DNA of 64,000 nt from Candidatus Saccharimonadota bacterium (lineage in GTDB: Bacteria; Patescibacteriota; Saccharimonadia; Saccharimonadales; Saccharimonadaceae): contig JAFRKK010000003.1 in NCBI GenBank assembly GCA_017431745.1, positions 3,927 through 67,926 of the forward strand. The letters are read 5' to 3'. A program made the position numbers and the translations under genes. Each line of letters starts with the position of its first letter. Within the stretch, counting starts at the first letter, position 1. Positions 19,341 through 27,904 of the stretch are shown here, piece after piece. Below the pieces are notes generated by a model, which was not told the origin of the DNA, did no database searches, and saw only the letters and a list, made by a program, of their open reading frames with translations.

Positions 19341-20591
19341 ATGAAACTATCAGAGGAATTAATATATCGTGGCTTTGTAGCCGAAAATACATTTGATGAT
19401 CCAGCGGAGTTGGATACGAGAGAGAATAAAAGTTTTTATTGGGGTGCAGATCCATCGGCTGATTCTTTGACGATTGGAAATTTGGCTGCGGCAATGATGT
19501 GTGCCTGTTTTGTGAAACATGGCTATAAACCATTTTTGTTGGTTGGTGGAGCGACTGGCCAGATTGGTGATCCGAAAGACAACGGTGAACGTGATCTTAA
19601 ATCTTTGGACGAAATTGAGCATAACAAGAAATGTATTAAAGAACAAATGGAGCGAGTAATTAGTCCAGTTGCAGCTAGCGATACTCCACTTACGATGGTG
19701 GATAATTATGACTGGTTTAAAGATATTAAGTATCTTGATTTCTTGCGGGAAGTAGGGAAGGCGTTTTCGATGACGCAGCTACTTGATCGTCAGTTTGTGC
19801 AAAACCGAATTGGCGAAGGTGGCTCTGGGATAAGCTACGCAGAGTTTTCATACACTTTGATTCAGGGTTATGATTTCTTGCATCTATATCGTGAGCATGG
19901 TGTAGGGATGCAGCTTTGTGGGGCTGACCAATTTGGTAACTGTGCTTCGGGCGTGCACTTGATTAAGCGGCTTGAAAATGGTTCGGCTGATGTGTGGTCT
20001 ACGCCATTAATTATTGACCCGGTATCTGGACGTAAATTTGGAAAGTCTGAAGGAAACGCCGTATGGCTTGCTGCGACCGATAATGGCTCCGGAAACTATA
20101 CGCCAATCTTTGATTTTTATCAATTCTGGCTAAATCAACCGGATGAAAGTGTGGAGTATTTGATTAAGATTTACACGTTCCTTTCAAAAGAAGAGATTGA
20201 AAAGATTTTGGCAGAGCACAAGAAAGCACCGGAAAAGCGGATTGCACAGAAAGCTTTGGCGCGTAATGTGACTGAAGTAGTGCATGGCAAAAAGGCAGCT
20301 GAAGCAGTGGAGGCTTTGACTGAAAGATTGTTTGATATTAAAACGAGTTTTAAGGAATTTGCTGAAGATGAGATTCGAGAATTTGGCGAATACTTGCCGA
20401 CTGTGAAGAAGGGTGTTCAGTTGGTGGATGCTTTGATTTCAAATGGTTTGGCAGAATCGAAGAAAAAAGCTCGTGAATTTATAGCTCAAGGTGCAATCAC
20501 AATTAATGGCGAAAAAGTGAAAGAAGACGTGAAGATTAACGAAGTGGTGATAATTAAAAAAGGTAAGAATAAGTTTGTGATTGTGCGATAA
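19341..20591 (+). CDS. tyrS: Tyrosine--tRNA ligase
   Basis: YWGADPSADSLTIGN, EFSYTLIQGYDF, GADQFGN, KFGKS, S4-like C-terminal domain. Confidence 0.96.
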   Translation: MKLSEELIYRGFVAENTFDDPAELDTRENKSFYWGADPSADSLTIGNLAAAMMCACFVKHGYKPFLLVGGATGQIGDPKDNGERDLKSLDEIEHNKKCIKEQMERVISPVAASDTPLTMVDNYDWFKDIKYLDFLREVGKAFSMTQLLDRQFVQNRIGEGGSGISYAEFSYTLIQGYDFLHLYREHGVGMQLCGADQFGNCASGVHLIKRLENGSADVWSTPLIIDPVSGRKFGKSEGNAVWLAATDNGSGNYTPIFDFYQFWLNQPDESVEYLIKIYTFLSKEEIEKILAEHKKAPEKRIAQKALARNVTEVVHGKKAAEAVEALTERLFDIKTSFKEFAEDEIREFGEYLPTVKKGVQLVDALISNGLAESKKKAREFIAQGAITINGEKVKEDVKINEVVIIKKGKNKFVIVR

Positions 20592-20618
20592 AATAAGCCC
20601 CGAAAAGGGGCTTATTTT
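20590..20618. terminator. Intrinsic terminator after tyrS
   Basis: AAAATAAGCCCC-GAAAA-GGGGCTTATTTT. Confidence 0.88.
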
Positions 20619-20638
20619 ATTTATGGTATAATTAGGTT

Positions 20639-21820
20639 ATGTATTTAGCAGTTTTGGGGCGACAAAGTGAGATATCAGTAGCGGAACTTGAGACGCTGTT
20701 TGATGATGTGAAAAAAAAGAATGATTTTTTGGCGAGTTTTGATAGTGATAGTGCGCCAAATATTGATAAACTGGGTGGAAGCTTGAAATTGGCGGAAAAG
20801 CTAGATATGAAACCGTTAGAGTATTTAACAGAACTACCAGAAGGGAAAATAACGGTTGGAGTATCAGACTATTCCAAAAAGGCTTCGCGAAAAACTGCTT
20901 CAATGGAGGCACTAAAACTTAAAAAGATTTTAGTGCGATATGGACGTAGTGTGCGGGTGGTGGAGAATAAAGAAGCAGTTTTATCTACGGCGACATCACT
21001 TCATAATGGCCTGTCGGGGAAAAATGAGCGAAAAGTAGAGCTTATTAAGGTTGATAATGATTGGTATAAAGTAATCGGCGTGCAAGATATCGATGCTTAC
21101 GCTAAACGTGACCAAGCGAGGCCGGCAAGAGATGCTAAAGTTGGAATGCTACCACCGAAGTTGGCTCAAATCTTAATTAATTTATGTGGTCCGCTTAAAC
21201 CTGTTTCAACTATACTAGATCCGTTTTGTGGAACTGGTGTGGTGCTACAAGAGGCTCTTCTGATGGGCTACCATGCCTATGGGACTGATTTAAATGAAAA
21301 AATGATAGAATATTCTGACAAGAATTTACGGTGGCTAAGCGAGAAAGACTTTTTTCTGGGACATTTCGGAGGTTACGACCGAGAATTAGGGCGCTCCGCC
21401 CGTGACGACGGGCCGGAGCGACCCGTGTCCCAGAAAAAATGTACTTTCTCGCTTAGCCAGGGAGATGCTACTAGTTTTCAATGGAAACAGCCCATAGACG
21501 CGGTAGCGTGTGAAGGGTATCTGGGGAAGCCGATGTCGAAGATTCCGACCGAAATGACGTTAAAAGAACAAAAACAAGAGTGTAGTGCAATTGTACTAGG
21601 TTTTCTGAAGAATTTGGCGGGGCAGATTAAGAATGACACTCCAGTAGTGATAGCCGTACCGGCCTGGCTACGGGAGGATGGAACATATTCCCGCTTGAAT
21701 ATCCTTGACGAAATCGATAAACTGGGGTATAATGTTAATAATAAATCGCGCGAGGGGCTTATTTATTGTCGTGAAAAGCAAATCGTAGCGAGAGATATAT
21801 TAATTTTAAGGAAAAAGTAA
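20639..21820 (+). CDS. SAM-dependent RNA methyltransferase, Trm11/TrmM-like (THUMP-associated), with an in-frame palindromic insertion
   Basis: RDQARPARDAKVGMLPPKLAQILIN, ILDPFCGTGVVLQEA, GTDL, GDAT, EGYLG. Confidence 0.8.
   Translation: MYLAVLGRQSEISVAELETLFDDVKKKNDFLASFDSDSAPNIDKLGGSLKLAEKLDMKPLEYLTELPEGKITVGVSDYSKKASRKTASMEALKLKKILVRYGRSVRVVENKEAVLSTATSLHNGLSGKNERKVELIKVDNDWYKVIGVQDIDAYAKRDQARPARDAKVGMLPPKLAQILINLCGPLKPVSTILDPFCGTGVVLQEALLMGYHAYGTDLNEKMIEYSDKNLRWLSEKDFFLGHFGGYDRELGRSARDDGPERPVSQKKCTFSLSQGDATSFQWKQPIDAVACEGYLGKPMSKIPTEMTLKEQKQECSAIVLGFLKNLAGQIKNDTPVVIAVPAWLREDGTYSRLNILDEIDKLGYNVNNKSREGLIYCREKQIVARDILILRKK
21333..21458. repeat. Palindromic mini-element inserted in frame in the methyltransferase gene
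   Basis: Perfect 15-bp arms GGCTAAGCGAGAAAG/CTTTCTCGCTTAGCC, plus TTTTTCTGGGACA/TGTCCCAGAAAAA. The reverse complement of the core closely matches the intergenic element at 35931-35996. Confidence 0.93.
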
Positions 21821-22093
21821 ATGTCACATGTAAAAGCTGGCGGTACCGCCAAGAATATCCATAACAATGCTGGCCAGCGCCTAGGCGTGAAGCGTTTTGG
21901 TGGCCAGAAAGTCAAGAACGGTGAAGTTTTAGTGCGTCAGACTGGTGCTACGAAGATCGCTGGGCCTGGTACTTATATGTCACGTAATTTCACAATTCAC
22001 GCTGCGAAGGATGGTGTAGTCACTTTCGTAAAAACGAAAAAAACACACTTTTCGGGCAAATCTCTTCCAAGAGTGCGCGTAGAAGTTAGATAA
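21821..22093 (+). CDS. rpmA: 50S ribosomal protein L27
   Basis: MSHVKAGG...GQRLGVKRFGGQ...GEVLVRQTG...TIHAAKDGVV. Confidence 0.96.
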   Translation: MSHVKAGGTAKNIHNNAGQRLGVKRFGGQKVKNGEVLVRQTGATKIAGPGTYMSRNFTIHAAKDGVVTFVKTKKTHFSGKSLPRVRVEVR

Positions 22094-22095
22094 TC

Positions 22096-22120
22096 AATAA
22101 CCCCCGAGGGGGTTATTTTT
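22096..22120. terminator. Intrinsic terminator after rpmA
   Basis: AATAACCCCC-GA-GGGGGTTATT followed by a T run. Confidence 0.85.
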
Positions 22121-22174
22121 TATTTTTTGTGCGTATTTGTCCTTTTTCCCCTAGTATGCTAAAATAGATGTAGT

Positions 22175-22357
22175 ATGGAAGATTTTTCTAGGTTCCAGCG
22201 GGTTTATGCGAATTTGCCAGAGAAGATAAGGAATGGTATAGTTGTAGTGGTTAACGACAAGCCTTACAGCTGGAACGCTGTATATGTAGAATTGATTAAT
22301 AATACTGCCCTCGGTAGAGAAATGTATAAAAAACTAATTAAAATGGAGATAATATAA
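22175..22357 (+). CDS. Hypothetical small protein (60 aa), first gene of a coupled three-gene module
   Basis: Promoter-like TGCTAAAAT upstream. Its stop overlaps the next start (TAATG). Confidence 0.75.
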   Translation: MEDFSRFQRVYANLPEKIRNGIVVVVNDKPYSWNAVYVELINNTALGREMYKKLIKMEII

Positions 22358-22572
22358 TGGATGATGATTTCCAAAAATTAGTCTATGCCAGGCTCCAAGC
22401 TTTACCTAAAGGCTATTCTATTTCTATTGGCGGCGTTGGTGATGTTTCTAAAGAAGAGGCTTTACAGCATGTAAGCGCAAAAGATAAAATCGGTCAATTA
22501 TTAATAGCCGTAGATCGACATTATTTTGATTTGATTAAATCTGGGGAAATGTATGCGGGTATTACTGACTAA
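22357..22572 (+). CDS. Hypothetical small protein (71 aa), second gene of the module
   Basis: Translationally coupled on both sides; globular-looking composition. Confidence 0.75.
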   Translation: MDDDFQKLVYARLQALPKGYSISIGGVGDVSKEEALQHVSAKDKIGQLLIAVDRHYFDLIKSGEMYAGITD

Positions 22573-23185
22573 CCCAGAAGTTGATACTCTTACTTATTAT
22601 CTGTCCGCATGGACCAACCATGTTCTCAAGAAAACCAAAGCCAAAAATAAATACTATCATTTAAAGCGTGAAAAGGTTACTCGGGAAAAATTTGAAAGTT
22701 TTTTAACAAAACGTCCTATTGACCTGGTTTTATTATGCGGGCACGGCGGGTCAAACAAAGTTTTGGGCAATGATGAGGTAATTTTAGATAAAAATAACGG
22801 CGCAATTCTAAAAGATAAAGTAGTTCATGCTTTATCGTGCCAAAGCGCAAAAGTTTTAGGCAGAGATGTAGTTAAGAATGGTGCTAAAGCTTATATTGGT
22901 TATAAGGAAGATTTTATCGCGTTTTTGGATAATTCTAAGCGAACCTCGCAGCCCCTTAGCGATGATACTGCAGCGTTATTCTTAGATGCAGCATTTACTG
23001 TACCGAAAGTGTTGTTGCGCGGAGGTCTCCCAAACGAAGCCGTTACGGCTGCGAAAAAAGAGTACGACCGCAGTATCAGAAAAGCAATTAATAGCGACAT
23101 ACAATCTGATAGCGACCAGTTCATTAACTGGCTTTACTGGGACAGGGACAACTTAGTAAAAATCGAGCAAACGAAGTCTGTCTAA
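22553..23185 (+). CDS. Putative clan CD (caspase/gingipain/CHAT-fold) cysteine peptidase-like protein
   Basis: Hydrophobic strand plus GHG (LVLLCGHGG), second strand plus SC (VVHALSCQSA) about 30 aa later, then GAKAYIGY. No signal peptide. Fold is inferred from motif spacing. Confidence 0.6.
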   Translation: MRVLLTNPEVDTLTYYLSAWTNHVLKKTKAKNKYYHLKREKVTREKFESFLTKRPIDLVLLCGHGGSNKVLGNDEVILDKNNGAILKDKVVHALSCQSAKVLGRDVVKNGAKAYIGYKEDFIAFLDNSKRTSQPLSDDTAALFLDAAFTVPKVLLRGGLPNEAVTAAKKEYDRSIRKAINSDIQSDSDQFINWLYWDRDNLVKIEQTKSV

Positions 23186-23208
23186 ATAGTTTGTGGTATA
23201 ATCAAGAT

Positions 23209-24267
23209 ATGGCTAAGAAAAAGTCAGCAAAGAAGAAAGCGATTATTTCTTTTCGTACAGTTTTGATGGTTTTGACGGTAATTTTGGTGGCTTATGTAGT
23301 GTATCAAAACTGGCCAGATATTTTGGAGACACTGGATAATATTCAAGATGCAAATGTATTTGTTTTGCTGCTTTTAATTCCAGAGCAATTATTCATGTAT
23401 TATGCTTGTGGACAAATATTCTTTTCTTATTTAAAACATCGGAAAAACGTGAAGGAATTTACCGATAAAGAAATACTGAGGATTTCGACGGAATTGAATT
23501 TTGTGAATCATGCGATTCCGGCGGGAGGAGTTGGGGGATTAGCCTTTTTGACTTATCGTTTGTCGCCGTACGGTGTGACGGCAGGGCAAGCGAGTTTTTT
23601 GTATTTGTTTCGTTATGCGGTAACAACGGTAATTAATTATTTCCAGGCGCTAGTAGCGATTTTGGTGCTATTGATACTTAATTTGATTCCGCGAGAGGCG
23701 ATGTGGATTATTCCGGTGGCGCTTCTCATGAATATGGGGGTTTGCTTCTTCTTGTGGTTCGTGATATTCGTGGCAAGTAGCAGGAAGCGGATTGAAGTTT
23801 TTTCGCGAGCGATTACAAAAATTATGAATTCGGCAGTGACATTAGTGACATTCGGGCACAAGAAAGAAGCGGTTTCACGAGAGAAGATTCATCAATATTT
23901 TTCTGATATTCATGAAAGCGTAAAAATTGCAAAGGAGCACAAAAGATATTTAAAAAAGCCTGCACTATGGGGCTTTATTTATAGTTTCTTGGAAGTTGGG
24001 ACATATTGGATTGTGGCGATATCGCTGGGGCGGCCGGAGCTTTTGCCGTTTATTATGGTGGGGGAGGCGATCGGGTCGGTATTTGACGGAATTGTGCCGT
24101 ATGGATTATACGAGCTTGGTATGGCGGGGGTCATGATTGCTCTAGGCGTGGATTTTCCTACCGCAACGATTGTAACCGTTATGACACGGGTGATTACGTT
24201 GCTGTTTACGATCGTGTCAGGGTCGTATCCGTATTACAAGGCAATTCAAAGGAAAACAGATGACTGA
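23209..24267 (+). CDS. Lysylphosphatidylglycerol synthase-like TM domain protein (YbhN/UPF0104 flippase-like)
   Basis: Multiple TM helices, NHAIPAGGVGG, VPYGLYELGM...TIVTVMTRVITL. Confidence 0.75.
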   Translation: MAKKKSAKKKAIISFRTVLMVLTVILVAYVVYQNWPDILETLDNIQDANVFVLLLLIPEQLFMYYACGQIFFSYLKHRKNVKEFTDKEILRISTELNFVNHAIPAGGVGGLAFLTYRLSPYGVTAGQASFLYLFRYAVTTVINYFQALVAILVLLILNLIPREAMWIIPVALLMNMGVCFFLWFVIFVASSRKRIEVFSRAITKIMNSAVTLVTFGHKKEAVSREKIHQYFSDIHESVKIAKEHKRYLKKPALWGFIYSFLEVGTYWIVAISLGRPELLPFIMVGEAIGSVFDGIVPYGLYELGMAGVMIALGVDFPTATIVTVMTRVITLLFTIVSGSYPYYKAIQRKTDD

Positions 24268-25438
24268 TTTTTCCAAAACTGAGACATTTACTCCAACTGA
24301 ATTTGTAGGCGTGGTAAATCAGACACTGGAATATGCGTATTCGTCGGTATTGGTGACGGGAGAGGTGGCGAGCTTTAAAGTGAATCAAGGGAAGTGGGTG
24401 TTTTTTGATTTGAAGGATGAAGAGACAAGTGTTTCATGTTTTATGACGCTGTGGTCTTTGAGGCAGCCGCTAGAAGATGGGATGAAAGTGACGGTGCGTG
24501 CGGTGCCAAAGTTGACAAAATGGGGGAAGTTTTCGTTGACAGTTTCGACGGTGCAGCCGGTGGGTGAAGGGTCTTTGAAAAAAGCGTATGAGTTGCTGAA
24601 GAAAAAGCTGACGGCTGAAGGGTTGTTTGATCCGGCCAAAAAACGGTCATTGCCAGATGATTTGTTGCGAGTTGGGGTGATTTCTTCGACTCAGGCTGCG
24701 GGCTATGCAGATTTTATTAAGATTATCAATGCTCGGTGGGGTGGAATGAAAGTGCAAGTAGCCCACACTCAAGTGCAGGGAATGGATGCGCCAGATCAAA
24801 TTATTCGAGCTTTACAGTATTTTAACGAGCGAGCGGATGTACAGGTAATTGCAATACTGCGCGGTGGTGGTTCGGCAGATGATTTGTCGTGTTTTAATGA
24901 TGAGAAGTTGGTGCGAGAAATTGCTAGCTCTAGAATACCGGTGATTACGGGAATTGGGCACGAGGTGGATGAATCTTTATCGGATCTTGCGGCGGACGTG
25001 CGGGCTTCAACCCCATCGAACGCAGCCGAGATTTTGACGCGTGACCAGGCAGAGGAATTGGAAAAACTGTCGCGGTCGATGAATCGGGTTAACCAAGTGT
25101 TGTTGCAACAAGTCGATCAAGCGAGATTTGAAAACCGCGAGAAAGTTCAGAAGGTGTCGCGAGGGCTACTAACAAAATATATTGAACCGAGTCTAGAGGC
25201 TAATAAAAATAAAATGACACAAATGTTGCAAAAAATACAGGGGAAAGTGACGGAAATGCAACAAAATGTGCAAAGTAAACTTAAGTTACTAGAGGCGCTA
25301 AATCCGGAGCAAGTTTTAGCACAAGGGTATGCGATATTGAGTGGTAAAATATCTCCAGGAATGCTCATAAAAATTACAACATTTAGTAGCGATATAGAGG
25401 CAGAAGTTAAAAAAGTAATGGAAAGGAATAAAAACTAA
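24260..25438 (+). CDS. xseA: Exodeoxyribonuclease VII large subunit
   Basis: VTGEVASF, FFDLKDE, GVISSTQAAGYADF, RGGGSADDL, ITGIGHEVD...TPSNAAE. Confidence 0.96.
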   Translation: MTDFSKTETFTPTEFVGVVNQTLEYAYSSVLVTGEVASFKVNQGKWVFFDLKDEETSVSCFMTLWSLRQPLEDGMKVTVRAVPKLTKWGKFSLTVSTVQPVGEGSLKKAYELLKKKLTAEGLFDPAKKRSLPDDLLRVGVISSTQAAGYADFIKIINARWGGMKVQVAHTQVQGMDAPDQIIRALQYFNERADVQVIAILRGGGSADDLSCFNDEKLVREIASSRIPVITGIGHEVDESLSDLAADVRASTPSNAAEILTRDQAEELEKLSRSMNRVNQVLLQQVDQARFENREKVQKVSRGLLTKYIEPSLEANKNKMTQMLQKIQGKVTEMQQNVQSKLKLLEALNPEQVLAQGYAILSGKISPGMLIKITTFSSDIEAEVKKVMERNKN

Positions 25439-25439
25439 A

Positions 25440-25637
25440 ATGGCAGAAAAAATGACTTTAAATCAAAAGATTGAGAAATTAGATGCGGAAGTGGAATGGT
25501 TTTATTCGGATGAGTTTAAATTGGAGGAAGCGGTAGATAAGTACAAAGCTGCAACGAAATTGGCGAAGGAAATTGAGAAGGATTTGAGCGAGCTGAAGAA
25601 CGAGATTGAAGTTTTAAGCGAAGATTTTAGTAAATAG
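25440..25637 (+). CDS. xseB: Exodeoxyribonuclease VII small subunit
   Basis: 65-aa helical protein directly after xseA; LEEAVDKYKAATKLAKEIEKDL pattern. Confidence 0.88.
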   Translation: MAEKMTLNQKIEKLDAEVEWFYSDEFKLEEAVDKYKAATKLAKEIEKDLSELKNEIEVLSEDFSK

Positions 25638-25705
25638 TATTATAAATAAGCGGAAAAGTGCGTAAAAAGGGCTAGACATGAGGATTTTTGTGGTATAATA
25701 GAATT

Positions 25706-25852
25706 GCTATAGTTTTACAATTTAATAAATAGGCTGGTTTTGATACTAGGGCTGGAAAGGAATAATGGCACCGTGAGGATGTTGACCCTTTTCAGTCGGC
25801 TATTTGGCCTATTGGATTGTAAGACTATAGCACCCCTGGCGGTGCCATTTTT
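25706..25852 (+). ncRNA. Candidate structured leader or ncRNA upstream of the FISUMP gene
   Basis: Starts 7 nt after TGGTATAAT (25691-25699). Long outer helix 25706-25734/25807-25831, inner helix 25751-25760/25787-25796, loop 25764-25773 perfectly complementary to 25840-25849. Confidence 0.55.
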
Positions 25853-25912
25853 GTGGAGAAGCAAAGAAGAAGCGTACCGCTTGGGAGAGGTAAACATAAC
25901 AAGAGGTATTAC

Positions 25913-27853
25913 ATGAAGAGCATGAAGAAGTGCTATAGCACTAAACAAGACAAAATAAGCTTAAACAAAATAGACGAGTTAATGAGACTGGTTCGGCATA
26001 GGCGACGTTCCAGCGCCGGTATGTTTTACACTTCTTCTGCCGGCGCTGTGACCTCGCTTATTTTGTGCCTAATGGTGAGCCTGGCCATTACTGGGCTAGG
26101 CGCAAATAGTGCCAATGCAACTTCAGTAATGAGCCTCACAGTAAGTAGCGATACAGTAGCCCTAAACCTCGCCCCTACTCGCGCTACAGGCACCTTTGGC
26201 AAATCTAGTAATATATCTATTACCGCAAAGACCACCAATGCGACAGGATATACTTTAGGTGTAGCGGCAGCTAGTGCGACAGATTATGATAAGTTGAAGA
26301 ATGGTAGTGATTCAATTGATTCCATTACAGAAGCCGTAACCGAAGAAGCTTTCAAAGCATTGAATAATACAGCTTATAACGGTAAGTGGGGCTATCTCCC
26401 TAGCAAACATAACTCTGCTGTTAATACAGATTTTCTCCCAGCGCCAAAAGCTTCTGGCGATATTCTTGATGTTACTACTACAGCTAACACAACAGCCAAT
26501 GAATATTCCCTTGCCATTGGCGCAAGAGTAGACAGTACCACCAAAATGGGCGCCTATTCCAATACTTATAATGTAATCCTAGTTAACAACGCTATACCTT
26601 ATACCATTACTTACATGGACAGTATCATTGGCAGTATGCCGACTGACGTAGATAGCACTTCGGAAAGTGAAACTGTCTATATTTCGGGCAATACGCCAAC
26701 TAGAAGTGGCTACACCTTCAATGGTTGGTGTACAGTAGCGCCAACTCGTTCTACGCTAACTGATACTTGTAGTGGCACAACTTACACCCAGGGTCAGGCT
26801 CACCACATTGATGGTTCAAGTCTCACTAATGATTTAACTCTCTACGCCATGTGGAAACGTAATACCATGCAGAATGTATCTGAATGGGAAAGCACTGTAG
26901 GAGCCGGCGAAGAAACTACAGCAGTAGATACGAGGGATGGTAATGTATATTCAGTGGCTAGACTTTGTATGAGTGCTGCTACGCATACACAACCAGCTCT
27001 AAATACTTGTGATAGAACGATGTTATGGATGACGCAGAACCTAGACCTTAAACTCGGTCCAGCCGGTTCACAAACCCTTACTAATGCAGATACAGACCTC
27101 AATAGTGTATCGTCCTGGACACCAGGTGATACAGCGAAGGTACCAGCAGTGATTACGAATCACGCAACAGGCAGCCCAAGCAACTCCGTGACTGGTTGGA
27201 CCAATAGCAACAACAAACCTTACTGGGCGGAAGGTGGCGACTATTATGTGTATACTAGCGGTAATACTAATACAGACACCATCTATAACAGCATGACAGC
27301 CTGTATTAACGGTGGACATACGGAAGACCAATGTAGACACTACCATGTAGGCAATTACTACAACTGGAGTGCAGCAGTAGCCAGTAACGATACCTCTAGC
27401 ACGACATCTGATCTCACAGTGATGCCAAATTCCATCTGCCCAAAGGGTTGGCGTTTACCGAATGGCTTAACGGGCACTAATGGTAACGAAATCATTACTG
27501 AGTTTAACCAGCTAAGCCTCGCTAATAACATTACAGCAGGGATTACAACCAAGCATGATCAGTCGCCAGGTTCTGGGCAATGGGTAAACACCGGCTGGAC
27601 TTCAACTGGCTTCAATAACTTCCGCTCTACCAGCACTAACCCAGCGGGAAAGCAGGCGCCGATGTACTTTGTCCGCTCGGGCAGCCTCGATGGTACTACG
27701 CTCTACGATTACGGCACGCTTGGCCTCTTGTGGTCTAGTACTTCACAGTATACTACCATTGCTTACTACCTTGACTTCCATTCAGGCGTATTCTACCCGG
27801 CGGGTCAGTATGGTCGCTTCGACGGGTTTCCAGTGCGGTGCGTGGCTCGGTAA
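25913..27853 (+). CDS. Surface protein with an InlB B-repeat and a C-terminal FISUMP (Fib_succ_major, C-lectin fold) domain; probable DGR target
   Basis: N-terminal TM/signal segment; B-repeat YTITY...PTRSGYTFNGWCT...LTLYAMWK; FISUMP motifs GNYYNWSAA, ICPKGWRLP, GLLWSST, GFPVRCVAR. Start at 25913 follows AGAGG. Confidence 0.85.
   Translation: MKSMKKCYSTKQDKISLNKIDELMRLVRHRRRSSAGMFYTSSAGAVTSLILCLMVSLAITGLGANSANATSVMSLTVSSDTVALNLAPTRATGTFGKSSNISITAKTTNATGYTLGVAAASATDYDKLKNGSDSIDSITEAVTEEAFKALNNTAYNGKWGYLPSKHNSAVNTDFLPAPKASGDILDVTTTANTTANEYSLAIGARVDSTTKMGAYSNTYNVILVNNAIPYTITYMDSIIGSMPTDVDSTSESETVYISGNTPTRSGYTFNGWCTVAPTRSTLTDTCSGTTYTQGQAHHIDGSSLTNDLTLYAMWKRNTMQNVSEWESTVGAGEETTAVDTRDGNVYSVARLCMSAATHTQPALNTCDRTMLWMTQNLDLKLGPAGSQTLTNADTDLNSVSSWTPGDTAKVPAVITNHATGSPSNSVTGWTNSNNKPYWAEGGDYYVYTSGNTNTDTIYNSMTACINGGHTEDQCRHYHVGNYYNWSAAVASNDTSSTTSDLTVMPNSICPKGWRLPNGLTGTNGNEIITEFNQLSLANNITAGITTKHDQSPGSGQWVNTGWTSTGFNNFRSTSTNPAGKQAPMYFVRSGSLDGTTLYDYGTLGLLWSSTSQYTTIAYYLDFHSGVFYPAGQYGRFDGFPVRCVAR
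27665..27853 (+). other. Putative DGR variable region (VR)
   Basis: The last 62 codons contain no Asn in an otherwise Asn-rich protein. Many NNC/NNT codons (TAC, GAC, CTC, TTC, AGC) alternate with fixed residues, and the GC-rich end CGGTGCGTGGCTCGG is IMH-like. Confidence 0.6.
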
Positions 27854-27904
27854 GTTTATTGTAATATGTATTGGTGATTTAGGAAAGTGTGGTATAATTA
27901 GCTT

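Noticed and set aside
19341-19500. TyrS HIGH motif reads TIGN
   Set aside because: All other TyrRS motifs are intact, and such degenerate signatures are common. There is no sign of inactivation.
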